A stretch of DNA of 64,000 nt from an uncultured Lentisphaerales bacterium (GCA_943788985.1 CALSSJ010000017.1:156068-220067); one strand, 5' to 3'. Positions 11,688 through 21,834 are shown, counted from the stretch's first letter. Notes: generated by a model not told the origin, from the letters alone. Program-made: numbers and translations.

Positions 11688-12137
11688 ATGAAAAATCGCT
11701 TACTTCCCACTTTTCTCGTTCTCTTGGCCTGCGCCAGCCTCTTCTCTAGCTGTCGATCGCTGGATCGGCTTGCTGAAGAAGCAGCGCTGCCCCCGACCAC
11801 CGAAGAAATCTCAGACGACGTCACGCTGCGCCCGCCAAACATCGAAGCGGACGAATTGCGCCACATGCTTCATAATGGCAGAACCCGCGCCAAGGATGTC
11901 TGGGATGTGGCTGGTCAGCCGTTAAATCGCAAACCTTCGGCGGGCTTTGAAGTCTGGACCTATGAATGGCGCACCGAAGAAGAACGCAGCGCCTACTCGG
12001 GCGGTCGAATCGGCGAGGAGCGCCTGTTTATGCGCAATCACTACGCCTTCACTCACACGCTGGTGCGGAAAACCAAGGCTACGCTCGTGTTCTCGAAGGA
12101 CGGCATCCTGCAGAACTTCCGGTTCGACCGCGAGTAA
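11688..12137 (+). CDS. Lipoprotein, possibly SmpA/BamE-like fold
   Basis: Lipobox FSSC; TRAKDVWDVAGQP...EVWTY...LVFSKDGIL. Confidence 0.6.
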   Translation: MKNRLLPTFLVLLACASLFSSCRSLDRLAEEAALPPTTEEISDDVTLRPPNIEADELRHMLHNGRTRAKDVWDVAGQPLNRKPSAGFEVWTYEWRTEEERSAYSGGRIGEERLFMRNHYAFTHTLVRKTKATLVFSKDGILQNFRFDRE

Positions 12138-12200
12138 GCCGCGGTTACCAGTCGTCCCACACTAAAGGCCGAAGACCTTCCTGTCGGAACCAGAAAATGG

Positions 12201-12312
12201 GACTTGATGACTCCCGACACCTAACTCCCTACAGGAGCGGTAGGGTGCAAGTCAACGCGTCACGAAGTCATCATGTCGTCGGGCGTCGCGAGTCATGAAG
12301 TCACCAAGTCCT
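12201..12312. repeat. Imperfect inverted repeat with ~8-nt GTC-core tandem units
   Basis: GACTTGATGACTCCCGACACC (12201-12221) pairs with GGCGTCGCGAGTCATGAAGTC (12282-12302), 18/21; recurring AAGTCA/GTCA units. Confidence 0.6.
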
Positions 12313-12362
12313 GCATCAACCGTCGCGGACTTCGCGGCGCCTTCGCTGAGCTGGCAACAGCT

Positions 12363-13424
12363 CTACTTCTGCCGCTTGGTCGCAATAATTTTAATGCCCA
12401 TCGGCTTCTCCAGCTTGATCTGATGCCCGGTTGGCTGGGCTACGCCCGTCTCAGGATTCAGCTTAAAGACAACAACGTTGTTGGTGTCGCGATTGGATAC
12501 CAACATGAAACGCCCGGAGCTGTCGATCGTGAAGTAGCGGGGATGTTCCCCGCCAGTGGACACAATCGCCTCGCGTGTCAACTCACCGTTCTCGGGATTG
12601 ACCCGAAAGCAGGCCAGGCTATCATGCCCGCGATTGGTCCCATATAGGAACCGCAGGTCCGGTGAGAAGGCGACCTCTGCAGTCGTATTCTTGCCGCTGA
12701 AGTCAGCTGGCAGCGTAGCAACGGTCTGCCGGTGTGTGAGGGCGCCGTCGCTAAAGTCAAACAGACTGACCGTGCCGCCAAGCTCGTTGATCACATAGAC
12801 CCACTTTCCAGCGGGATGACAGACTAAATGCCGCGGCCCCGCGCCAGGTGCAGACGGGGTCGAGCCAGCGGCGGTCAGGACTTTGGTCAAAGGATCAAGC
12901 GCACAGATCCTGATCGCATCGCCGCTAAAATCACAGACCAGCGCGAACTTTTCGGAAGAGTCCGCGTTGATCGAATGCAGATGCGGCTTGTTCTGCCGCT
13001 GCGGGTCGACGTTGCTCGCCTGATCATAGGTCAATACGGTGGCGGGCGCGCAGATTCGGCCGTCGGGCTGGAGTGGAAACGATACTGCTTTTGCATGCCC
13101 GTAATCCGCGCCGAGGAGGACGGAGCCGTCCAAGGCCGTAGTGATGTGACAGAGGGACATCTCCGACACCACTTGGCGATTGATCAAGGAAAGTGTCCCA
13201 GCCTCCGGGCCGATCGTAAATGCCGCCACGGTACTCGACTTGCCGCCGGTCGCGTAAAGTACGCGATCCTCCGGGCCCGTCGCGAGAAATGCTGGTCTCT
13301 CGGTGGCTGCTGCCAACTCGGGAGCAGACAGCTGCCCCGTCTCCAAATTCAGGCGGCTCAGGTAGATGCCTTCGTTGCTCCCAACGATTGCGGTTCCAAT
13401 GTAGACGAGTGCTTCCAGCAGCAT
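12363..13424 (-). CDS. 6-phosphogluconolactonase / lactonase family beta-propeller
   Basis: RQNKPHLH, GAGPRH, YVINEL, YGTNRGHDSL, GEHPRYF. Confidence 0.9.
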   Translation of the reverse strand: MLLEALVYIGTAIVGSNEGIYLSRLNLETGQLSAPELAAATERPAFLATGPEDRVLYATGGKSSTVAAFTIGPEAGTLSLINRQVVSEMSLCHITTALDGSVLLGADYGHAKAVSFPLQPDGRICAPATVLTYDQASNVDPQRQNKPHLHSINADSSEKFALVCDFSGDAIRICALDPLTKVLTAAGSTPSAPGAGPRHLVCHPAGKWVYVINELGGTVSLFDFSDGALTHRQTVATLPADFSGKNTTAEVAFSPDLRFLYGTNRGHDSLACFRVNPENGELTREAIVSTGGEHPRYFTIDSSGRFMLVSNRDTNNVVVFKLNPETGVAQPTGHQIKLEKPMGIKIIATKRQK

Positions 13425-13452
13425 GTGATTCTCCAGATTTTTGTGGGGTACC

Positions 13453-14242
13453 TCAGATCAACTCGCGAATGCGCCTCGCCAACGGGCAGATCACATCGCG
13501 GTCATCCCAATATCCTCCATGGCTCCACAGATTCCAGTTCGTGAGGCTCCCACCGGCATTCACCGGGTGGTCGTGAACGAACTCGTAGGACTGACCAAGC
13601 TGCCGCAAGGGCCAGCCCAGCACATCGTCCGGGTCGTAGTAATTATCCCAGCGCATCCCGTCGATGGGTTTAAAGCACTCGCGATCGGCAAGCCCACCCA
13701 CAAAAATCGGGATATTGCAGCCGATTGTGGTGAACTGCTTCAGAGACCGCAGCCGCAGAAATGGCTTACTATCATCCTCCCAACCGTCAAAACTATGATT
13801 TCCCATCTGCGCATCCCACAGGTAGTTTGAGATAACCTGTGCGCCGAGCGAATGCGCAATAATCACGACTGGTTTGCTCTCGTCTCCGCCCAGTGCCACC
13901 AAGGCCTGGCTCAGACCGGCCTGGATTTGCTGTTGGACCAGAAGGTAGCGGTCGTCCTCGGCGCGATTTGCGCTGTGCTCCAAGGTGGCTGCATCAGAAA
14001 GGAAATACAGGAGGAACCGTCGCAACCTAGTCGCGTCCAAGATCGTTTGTGGACTCCGCACGCATCGCGTCCCACAGCGCCCGCTGTGGTCCCTGCAGTA
14101 CCTCAGCATATGTCACGGAATGGAACGCAACGCGCTCCCAGTCGGCCGCGAGCTCTCGCTTGATCGCAGCCTCAAATTCATCATAGTACCCAGCATCCAC
14201 CTCGCCCATGCCGTGGAGGGTCAGCAACGCGACTTCCTTCAT
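13453..14242 (-). CDS. Alpha/beta-hydrolase-like hypothetical protein (frameshift near 14040)
   Basis: LLTLHGMG N-terminus, IIAHSLG nucleophile elbow, WDNYYDPDDVLGWPL, SHGGYW; two ORFs join in one reading. Confidence 0.7.
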
Positions 14243-14414
14243 CACACTCCCCCTGTCCTGCTTATTCAAGCATACATCATATCGCAGAGGCTAGCTCAGG
14301 TCAAGACGCACTGAGCCCAGAGACTTTCGGCTCACATGCAAAAAACGCCACAGCCAGCCAGACAGCCATTGCGCGTCCAGCGCAAGCGCTCACATTACCC
14401 GCTTGCCGGCGAGT

Positions 14415-14491
14415 CGGGATGTGGCGCAGCTTGGTAGCGCGTTTGACTGGGGGTCAAAAGGCCGCAGGTTCGAATCCTGTCATCCCGACCA
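14415..14491 (+). tRNA. tRNA-Pro(GGG)
   Basis: CGGGATG/CATCCCG acceptor stem, anticodon arm TTTGA-CTGGGGG-TCAAA, GGTTCGAATCC T-arm, encoded CCA. Confidence 0.97.
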
Positions 14492-14603
14492 ATTTAAGCT
14501 CTGGCCCGAGCGCGGCGTTCACCCTCCTCCCAACCGGCATGCGTTCGCTTCTGCCTGCCAGTCAGCGCTCCCAGCCAGGCACCACAAACGAGAACATCTT
14601 GCC

Positions 14604-15209
14604 ATGAATACGATCTCTGCCATTCAAGCCCGCAGGAGCGTGAAGCACTACGACGCAACCCACTCCATGTCTGCCGAGGAAACTGGGCAACTACTGTCGC
14701 TGGCAATGCTGTCACCGACAGCATTCAATATTCAGAACTGGCGCTTTGTGGTCGTCCGCGATTCTGCGCTGCGGCAGCAGATCCGGGAAGTGGCATGGGA
14801 CCAGGCCCAGGTCACCGACGCGTCTTTGCTGATTTTGCTCTGCGCCGATCTTAAGAGCTGGGAGCACGAGCCAGCTCGTTATTGGCGCGATGCACCGCAA
14901 GAGGTGCAGGATATTCTGGTGCCGGCGATCGACCAATACTACCGCGGCCAGGACCAAGTCGAGCGCGACGAAGCTATGCGCTCCTGCGGTATTGCCGCGC
15001 AGACACTGATGCTGGCGGCCAAGGCCATGGGCTACGATTCCTGTCCCATGGATGGCTTTGACTTTGAGGCTGTCGGGAAGCTCATCAATCTGCCCAAGGA
15101 TCACGTGATCACGATGTTTGTCGCGATCGGCAAGGGGACCAAAGACCCGTGGCCTCGCCCCGGGCAATTACCACAGAGCGAGGTCGTGATTCAAGACCGT
15201 TTCGCATAA
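14604..15209 (+). CDS. Nitroreductase family protein
   Basis: RRSVKHYD, SPTAFNIQNWRFVVV, LMLAAKAMGYDSCPMDGFD. Confidence 0.93.
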   Translation: MNTISAIQARRSVKHYDATHSMSAEETGQLLSLAMLSPTAFNIQNWRFVVVRDSALRQQIREVAWDQAQVTDASLLILLCADLKSWEHEPARYWRDAPQEVQDILVPAIDQYYRGQDQVERDEAMRSCGIAAQTLMLAAKAMGYDSCPMDGFDFEAVGKLINLPKDHVITMFVAIGKGTKDPWPRPGQLPQSEVVIQDRFA

Positions 15210-15258
15210 CGGCCCAGTCTGGCGTTTCAGCGCTGCTGGAGCAAGCGCCCTACGTCCC

Positions 15259-15711
15259 TCAGCCCTCGCCTGCCGGTTTTTCAAACCCAGAGATCTTGCG
15301 GACGCGGCGCTCATGGCGCCCACCTTCGAACTCTGTCGAAAGCCAGATATCCATAATTTTCTGCGCGGCTTCTTCCGCGGTGTACTTCTGTGACAGGCAG
15401 AGCACGTTCGAGTCGTTGTGCTGGCGGGTTAACCGAGCCATCTCTACATTCAGGCAGAGTGAAGCACGCACGCCTGAAAACTTATTGGCTGTGATGCTTA
15501 CCCCGACACCCGTCGTACAGATCGCAATGCCCCGTTCCGCGGTACCTTCGGAGACCTTCTTGGCAACAGCAGCTGCGTAGTCCGGGTAATCGACGGATGC
15601 CTCGGAGTCACAGCCGACGTCTTCCAATTCGATACCGCGTGTTTTTAGATCAGCGATAAGATGAGTTTTTAGGGCAAAGCCCCCATGATCTGATCCAATG
15701 GCAAGTTTCAT
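15259..15711 (-). CDS. rpiB: Ribose-5-phosphate isomerase B
   Basis: IGSDHGG, VDYPD, ICTTGVG, RQHNDSNVL, FEGGRHERRV. Confidence 0.95.
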   Translation of the reverse strand: MKLAIGSDHGGFALKTHLIADLKTRGIELEDVGCDSEASVDYPDYAAAVAKKVSEGTAERGIAICTTGVGVSITANKFSGVRASLCLNVEMARLTRQHNDSNVLCLSQKYTAEEAAQKIMDIWLSTEFEGGRHERRVRKISGFEKPAGEG

Positions 15712-15960
15712 GCTGTAATTTTGTCTCCAAAAAAAGGTCAAGTTCGATGCCGGGCACGCTCCAAGCGAGCCGCGGCTATGATGGGCGGCCTATATCATAC
15801 AGCCGCCCTCATTTTGTACGACAGCCGTTCTCGAGGAATCCTTACGCTCAGCAGAGCATTTGCAGGTAGCAGGTACGATTCCACCTCGCATAGTGGTGTG
15901 AGTAATTCAGCCGCAGACGTGAAAACCAGTGCTGTAACTACGGCTGGAGCAGGGCGGGCA

Positions 15961-16254
15961 ATGAGAGCGTGAGTACAATCCCGCAGAGTTTCATTTACTC
16001 TGAGCGAGCTGCTGGTTCGCATTGCCATCAGCGGCATTCTTGCGGCGCTGCTACTTCCTGTGCTGGCCAAGGCCCGGGAGAAGGGACGCGTTACAACCTG
16101 TGCCAACAACATGCGGCAGCTTGGTCTGGGAATAGCCATGTACCTCGACGATTTCGACGGAAGGTCCCCCGCGAACTGGAATGACGGTGCGCATCAGATC
16201 ACCTGGGATGACTTACTTTCAGGGTACGACAGACGCGAGCAGTTCGGGGCCTAG
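15961..16254 (+). pseudogene. Decayed prepilin-type N-terminal cleavage/methylation protein
   Basis: ATG AGA GCG TGA then FTLSELLVRIAISGILAALLLPVLAKAREK...CANNMRQLGL; in-frame stop and truncated. Confidence 0.8.
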
Positions 16255-16298
16255 CGATTGACTGGAACAGCCGTCACGAACGCGCCGTCAGCCCGATC

Positions 16299-16640
16299 AT
16301 GTGGTCGCAGTACACGCTGAGCAACGGCACGTTCAAACCACAGGCCCAGATGGTACCGCTGGAAGAAAGCCACTCGCAAGAGGTGCCGCTCCACTTGAAG
16401 CAGAACGGAAAGTGGCAGCAAATCCCGAAGACGACCATCGATTCTAAACCGGTCGCTCGTGGCATCGAGGTCCACCCCGCGCACATGGCACACGCGGGTG
16501 CGAGCCTTGCCATTCTCGAAGACCGTGAGTTCAAGAGCAATCCCGACATCGTCACGAAGGGCACCAAGATGAGGTCGCTACGAGACGCGGATGTGCTGGG
16601 CGCCACGCAACTGGGCGATTGCCAGCTTGCCGTTTTGGGT
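16299..16640 (+). pseudogene. Internally deleted PhoD-like phosphoesterase remnant
   Basis: WSQYTLSNGTFKPQAQM...WQQI joined directly to PVARGIEV...SLAILEDREFKSNP...LGDCQL; recalled as distant segments of PVC-type PhoD-like proteins. Confidence 0.5.
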
Positions 16641-16658
16641 ACCGGCTGCGCGGTCAGC

Positions 16659-17000
16659 TTACCCCAACGCCAAATCCTTGCCGAAAAACCCCGTGAAGTA
16701 GCCAGCCTTGCGCATCAACACGGGACACGACTTCGAAAAGATCAACGGGCTCATCTGCCCATGCTCGAAGTTGGTCCCCGTCCGGTACTCGTACAGGCCA
16801 GTCACGATATTGGCCCGGCTCGCCGTGCAGATCGGCGTCGTGTCATAATGGCGATTCAGCACCATCCCATCAGCAGCCAGTCGATCCATTTCCGGCGTCA
16901 TAGCCACCGAGCGGACTTGGGATGGCGAGAACGACCAAATCGGCGTCACCGATATCTGCGCTACGCCCTAACCCAAGCTCATCGCGGCCAGTCATGCCAT
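16659..17000 (-). pseudogene. Sulfatase N-terminal remnant
   Basis: [11 protein letters not shown]...[17 protein letters not shown]...[10 protein letters not shown] (C-x-A-S-R signature), then stop. Confidence 0.85.
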
Positions 17001-17169
17001 CGGCAAAAAAGCTCTCTGAGCGTCTCGCAGCATCGGTGCCCAGTCGGCGTAGTAAGAAATCATGCGACGCACACCGCAATCCTCATGCGTCGGCGTGCAA
17101 GGCACGTCGGATGCAGTATTATTGGTTTTTCACTGCCAAGGGCCGTAACAGCTCGAGAAGGATGCCCGT

Positions 17170-18789
17170 ATGACACAAGATTCGAATAAAAGCCCAGAAC
17201 AGAACCGGGCCACCGAGCTTCTCCAGGAAGCCCAGCGGAAAGGCGGAATCACTAAGTTTCTGACTTATGCACGTCTGTCCGGCCCTGGCTGGCTGCAGGG
17301 CGCCATCACACTCGGCGGCGGCTCGCTCGCCGGGTCACTCTATCTTGGCGTAATCGCTGGCTATGGCCTGCTTTGGCTCCAGCCTCTGGCCATGATCTGC
17401 GGCATCATCATGCTCTCCGCCATCGCCTACGTCACCCTCTCCACCGAGAAAGCCCCCTTTGGCCTGGTGAACCAGCACCTCTCGCCGGCCTTGGGCTGGG
17501 CCTGGTTAATCGCGACCGTCATGGCAAACATCGTCTGGTGCATGCCACAGTTCAATCTGGCTCGCGCCGCTGTCCAGCAAAACCTGCTGCCGTCCGTCGG
17601 AGAAGGCACCGGCTCAACTCTACTAATTTGCATCGTCTTGCTGGTCGTCGCCTTCGGAGCCAACGTGCTCTATGAGTCAGATGGCAAAGGCGTCAAGTGG
17701 TTCGACCGCATCATCAAATGCCTGGTCGCGCTCATCGTTCTGTCGTTCTTTGCTGTGGTCGGCACGCTCATCTCGGCCGACGTCCTCAATCTGGGCGAAG
17801 TACTTGGGAAGTTGATCCCCGATCCCACGCTACTCTTCAAGCCAGCCGCGAGCTACGCCGCCATCATCGCACAATCCACCCAACCAGACTGGTGGACCGC
17901 CAAAATTCTGTCCGATCAGCGTGACATCATCATCACCGCGTTTGGCACCGCAGTTGGGATCAACATGACCTGGCTGCTGCCATACTCCCTGCTAAGAAAG
18001 CGCTGGGGCCGCGTCCAACGTGGCCTCTCGATCTTCGACCTATCCGTCGGATTGTTCATTCCGTTCTTCCTGGCCACCACCTGCGTGGTCCTAGCCGCCG
18101 CGTCCCAGTTTCATGCCAAGACCGGCGACGTGCCTCCAGGCGCTGGTGACAAGACCATTGCCATGCTCGCTACTGCCCACCCCGGAGCCACCAATGCTGC
18201 CGACCAAGAACTAGCACTGATGCTGGTCAAGCGCGACAACTTCCAGCTCGCGACCAGCCTCGAGCCACTCGCCGGAAAAGTCGTCTCCCAGACCATCTTT
18301 GGACTCGGCGTACTTGGCATGGCTTTATCCACCATCATCATCCTCATGCTGATGAATGGGCTCGCCTTCCAGGAGCTTCTCGGCAAGCCAGGAGACAAAA
18401 CCGCCCACTACATCGGCTGCACGGTCTCAGGTCTCGCCGGCCTGGCCGGGCCGTTCATCTGGACCGGAGCCTCCAAAGCAGCACTCGCCATCCCGACCTC
18501 CGTGATCGGCGGCTCCCTCATTCCCATCGCCTACTTTACCTTTCTCCTGATGATGAACTCCAAAAAGGTTCTTGGTGACCAGCGCCCCGAGGGCACAGCC
18601 CGCCTGATCTGGAACGTGCTGATGACCTTTGCCACGGGCATCGCCACCTTTGGCTCCGTCTGGGTCCTCTCCGGCAAGGCGCACTTCAATGATTGGAAAG
18701 GCATGATCCCTGCCGCCGGCATAGCCTTGCTGATTGTGCTCTTCGTCATCGGCACCATCGCCTTCATAAAGAGCGAGCGCGAAGCATGA
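17170..18789 (+). CDS. NRAMP-related membrane transporter
   Basis: GPGWLQGAITLGGGS, GYGLLWLQP, ~11-12 TM segments, LLMMNSKKVLG. Confidence 0.8.
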   Translation: MTQDSNKSPEQNRATELLQEAQRKGGITKFLTYARLSGPGWLQGAITLGGGSLAGSLYLGVIAGYGLLWLQPLAMICGIIMLSAIAYVTLSTEKAPFGLVNQHLSPALGWAWLIATVMANIVWCMPQFNLARAAVQQNLLPSVGEGTGSTLLICIVLLVVAFGANVLYESDGKGVKWFDRIIKCLVALIVLSFFAVVGTLISADVLNLGEVLGKLIPDPTLLFKPAASYAAIIAQSTQPDWWTAKILSDQRDIIITAFGTAVGINMTWLLPYSLLRKRWGRVQRGLSIFDLSVGLFIPFFLATTCVVLAAASQFHAKTGDVPPGAGDKTIAMLATAHPGATNAADQELALMLVKRDNFQLATSLEPLAGKVVSQTIFGLGVLGMALSTIIILMLMNGLAFQELLGKPGDKTAHYIGCTVSGLAGLAGPFIWTGASKAALAIPTSVIGGSLIPIAYFTFLLMMNSKKVLGDQRPEGTARLIWNVLMTFATGIATFGSVWVLSGKAHFNDWKGMIPAAGIALLIVLFVIGTIAFIKSEREA

Positions 18790-19832
18790 GATTTGGAATC
18801 ATTGGTGCGGGCGCGATCGGAGCCATACACGCAGAAGCCATCGCTGCCATGACTGGAGGCGAACTGATTGGCGTCGCCGGCCGCAGTGCGGAGAGGGCAG
18901 TCGCATTCGCCGAGAAGCACGGCATTCGCGGTTTCCAGACCGTCGCTGAGCTGCTCGCCTGTGCGGACGTGGATATCGTCACCATCGCTACTCCATCCGG
19001 CGCGCACTTCGAGCCATCCATGGCCGCGATCAAAGCGGGCAAGCACGTCCTCATCGAAAAGCCGCTCGAGATCACCATCGAGCGCATCGACACCATGATC
19101 GCAGCCGCCGCCAAGCATGGCGTCACCCTAGCCGCCATCCTTAATCGACGGTTCACCCCTGCCACCAGCGCAGCCAAAAAAGCAGCAGATGCCGGGCGTT
19201 TCGGCAAACTCACCTCAGCCTCGGTCTACGTAAAGTGGTACCGTTCCCAAGCCTATTACGACTCCGCGGCCTGGCGCGGCACTTGGGCACTCGACGGCGG
19301 CGGCGCGCTTATGAACCAATCCATTCATGGCATCGACCAGCTCCTTCATCTAGCCGGGCCAGTCGACTCGGTCCAGGCCCACACCGCCTGTATCGCCCAC
19401 CAGAACATTGAAGTCGAGGACTTGGCCGTCGCCACCCTCAAGTTCAGGAGTGGCGCCCTTGGCGTCGTCGAAGGCACCACCTGCGCCTGGTCTACGCATG
19501 GCCATCCCGCACGCATCCAGTTGGGAGGCACCGAAGGCTCCGTCTTTCTTGCAGATGACACGCTCGAGGCCTGGACCTTCATGCATGAGCAGCCCGAAGA
19601 CGCCGAGATTCGCGAGGCTCTGCTCACCGGCCGCGCTGCCGGAATCGGCGCCGCCGAACCCGGTGCCATCGATAGCGACCAGCACCGGCAGAACTTCGAA
19701 CACGTCGTCCAAGCCATCGATGAGGGCCGCATGCCCGCCACATCCGGGGCAGAAGCCCGCAAGGCCGTCGCCCTGATTTGCGCCATCTACGAGTCCGCCC
19801 GCAACGGCGGCAGTACCGTCACCATATCCTAA
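18786..19832 (+). CDS. Gfo/Idh/MocA family oxidoreductase
   Basis: GIIGAGAIG, GKHVLIEKP, WRGTWALDGGGALMNQSIH. Confidence 0.93.
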   Translation: MRFGIIGAGAIGAIHAEAIAAMTGGELIGVAGRSAERAVAFAEKHGIRGFQTVAELLACADVDIVTIATPSGAHFEPSMAAIKAGKHVLIEKPLEITIERIDTMIAAAAKHGVTLAAILNRRFTPATSAAKKAADAGRFGKLTSASVYVKWYRSQAYYDSAAWRGTWALDGGGALMNQSIHGIDQLLHLAGPVDSVQAHTACIAHQNIEVEDLAVATLKFRSGALGVVEGTTCAWSTHGHPARIQLGGTEGSVFLADDTLEAWTFMHEQPEDAEIREALLTGRAAGIGAAEPGAIDSDQHRQNFEHVVQAIDEGRMPATSGAEARKAVALICAIYESARNGGSTVTIS

Positions 19833-19843
19833 CAGGCTCCTAC

Positions 19844-20821
19844 ATGGCTGAAACCACAGTCTGCGTCGCTGGAGCCTCCGGTCTCGTCGGCGCGAACATC
19901 ACCGCTCGCCTGCTTGCTGGCGGCTATCAGGTCCACGGCACCATGCGCGATCCGCAAGCACAGGACAAGGCCAGCTATCTCCAAGCCTTGTCCAGTGCCG
20001 AGTGCCTCTCTCTCTACCAAGCGGAAATGGCTAAAAACGGCTCGTTCGACGAGGCGCTAGTTGGCGCAGACTGCGTCTTTGTCGCCTGCCTCATCCCGAC
20101 CTACTTTGCGCCCGACGGCACACCGGCCCGCGAGCTTGACGATGCCCGCGGCTATCCTGAGATCATCATGCCCACCGTAAATGGCTGCCTAAACATTTTG
20201 CGAAGTGCCCACCGTTGCGGAGTTCGCAACGTCGTCATCTGCAGCAGCACCAGCAGCACCAATCCACTCCCTGCCCCCGAAATCAAGAACGAGCTCGATC
20301 ATTGGTCCGACGCCGATCAGCAGTGCAACGCCAAGAAGTACACCTCCGCAGCCAAAACCGTGATGGAAGAAGCAGCCATGGCCTTTACCGAGGAGCATGG
20401 GATGCGGCTTTGTACCTTTCTGCCAAGCATGATCGCTGGCCCGCCGCTGCTGCCCAGCCACCTCCAGCCCGGTCTCATGAAACTGCTACGGGGCGAGCGC
20501 TGGCACGAGCGCATGCCGAACGACTCGATGTCCATGATCGACGTCCGCGACCTCGCTGCGCTCATGGTTGCGGCTTATGAAAATCCAGAAGCCTCCGGCC
20601 GCTACTTTGGCGTTCGCGAAAGCTGGCACTGGCAGGACATCTACGCCGAGCTGGCCCGCCAGCTCCCAGACGCCCCGATGCCCGAGCGACTATCCGAGCC
20701 AGCGGTCCCCGCAACCAAATTCGATCACACCCGTACTCTCAGCCTGGGCGTCCCCCTTCGGGACATACCCGCCATTCTCGCCGACACTATCGCCGCCTAT
20801 CGCCCGACGCTCTCCGGCTGA
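19844..20821 (+). CDS. NAD-dependent epimerase/dehydratase, dihydroflavonol-reductase-like
   Basis: VAGASGLVG, VHGTMRDP, YTSAAK, IDVRDLA, ENPEASGRY. Confidence 0.88.
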   Translation: MAETTVCVAGASGLVGANITARLLAGGYQVHGTMRDPQAQDKASYLQALSSAECLSLYQAEMAKNGSFDEALVGADCVFVACLIPTYFAPDGTPARELDDARGYPEIIMPTVNGCLNILRSAHRCGVRNVVICSSTSSTNPLPAPEIKNELDHWSDADQQCNAKKYTSAAKTVMEEAAMAFTEEHGMRLCTFLPSMIAGPPLLPSHLQPGLMKLLRGERWHERMPNDSMSMIDVRDLAALMVAAYENPEASGRYFGVRESWHWQDIYAELARQLPDAPMPERLSEPAVPATKFDHTRTLSLGVPLRDIPAILADTIAAYRPTLSG

Positions 20822-20867
20822 ACTGCGCCGCGTGCTGATTTTACATACGCCTAAACAGCAGATGAAG

Positions 20868-21075
20868 ATGCACCATCAAACACCAATATTACTCGAGTAC
20901 GTATTGGACCTGCCTGAGGAGGGACGTACGCCGCTGCTAAACGGCCTGTATCGATAGCTTTGAAACCTCTGCAAGACAAAGAGAGCGAGGCGGCACGCGT
21001 CGCCAAAGCAGAAAGTCGAATAGATGCTTACGATGCGGGCACTATCAAGTCGATCTCAGAGAACAAGCATACGCG
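20868..21075 (+). pseudogene. Addiction-module antitoxin remnant
   Basis: ILLEYVLDLPEEGR... then after a frameshift KESEAARVAKAESRIDAYDAGTIKSIS, typical of putative addiction module components. Confidence 0.65.
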
Positions 21076-21092
21076 CGGCTTGGCTTGCAGCC

Positions 21093-21452
21093 GCGAACGT
21101 GAGGTATTCGGAAGTAGCGCTCGAGGAATGGGCTCAAGGCATAGCTCACTAAGATTCTTGCGAGATCGGTCTCGGAGACCGCTTTTCATCTGAGGTCAGG
21201 CACAGTTTAGAGCGCATCAAGACGTTCCCGACTGCATGGCCATTGGTTGGGGCCAGAACCCGGCGCTGTCTCGTATCGCATTTCTCATTCGGCGTATACT
21301 TTCGATTGCAGGAAGAAACGATTCTGGTGGGATCCGAATTTGATCAGCGCAAGGCGCCTCGAGACTGTGGCAATCCTGGTGAATCAAGCTTTGAGCTCCC
21401 AGTCAAGATAGGAAGCCCTAAAGTCATTCTACAGACCTTCCGTTCCTTCTGA
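21093..21452 (+). pseudogene. RelE/ParE family toxin pseudogene
   Basis: NVRYSEVALEEWAQGIAH*DSCEIGLGDRFSSEV...IKTFPTAWP...TRRCLVSHFSFGVYFR; in-frame TAA 21150-21152, no clear start. Confidence 0.75.
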
Positions 21453-21489
21453 CCTTCCTGTAAAAAAATCCTCGCGAGCAGCCCTTATA

Positions 21490-21723
21490 CAGAAAGCTGG
21501 GATGGTCAAGGTTGGGCGTCTCAACCTTGACGCCTCTACCCCAGATAAACGCCTAGTCCTCGCGCATCAACTCACGCTAGCAGCCCAGCGTCCGAAAGTT
21601 CTGCTGGTCCGTGTGAATGATGCGTAGGTTGCGCTTGCTATTTTCTTCAGTTGTAGCCACGATACACAGCACAATGTCAGGCAACACCAAGAGCAGAACA
21701 GTGAATGCGCCTCGTCGGTTCAT
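21490..21723 (-). pseudogene. Second sulfatase N-terminal remnant
   Basis: Signal-like start, then KRNLRIIHTDQQNFRTLGC*RELMRED*AFIWGRGVKVETPNLD, two in-frame TAG, truncated after TPNLD. Confidence 0.7.
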
Positions 21724-21834
21724 GCAATCGTTCCTTTGGCAGTTGTGGGGATCTCCAAAGCAGACGATCCTCGCCAACATCCTACGGCGGACGCAGCAAA
21801 ATTCCCGATTCGCAATCAGCTCACGGCTGGTTCA

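Noticed and set aside
15778..15813. Inverted repeat ATGATGGGCGGC...GCCGCCCTCAT upstream of rpiB
   Set aside because: A single GC-rich hairpin with no second copy; function cannot be supported
16299..17189. 296-aa ORF as a real gene
   Set aside because: The 3' two-thirds is antisense to the sulfatase remnant and its upstream region; only the 5' part looks protein-like
18887..18896. GCGGAGAGGG as an att duplicate of the tRNA-Ser end
   Set aside because: Only ~10 nt, inside an intact CDS, expected by chance; no integrase
21490..21723. Stop-codon reassignment or pyrrolysine readthrough (two in-frame TAG)
   Set aside because: TAG terminates intact genes such as clpB and glyA, and the fragment is also truncated, so decay is the simpler explanation
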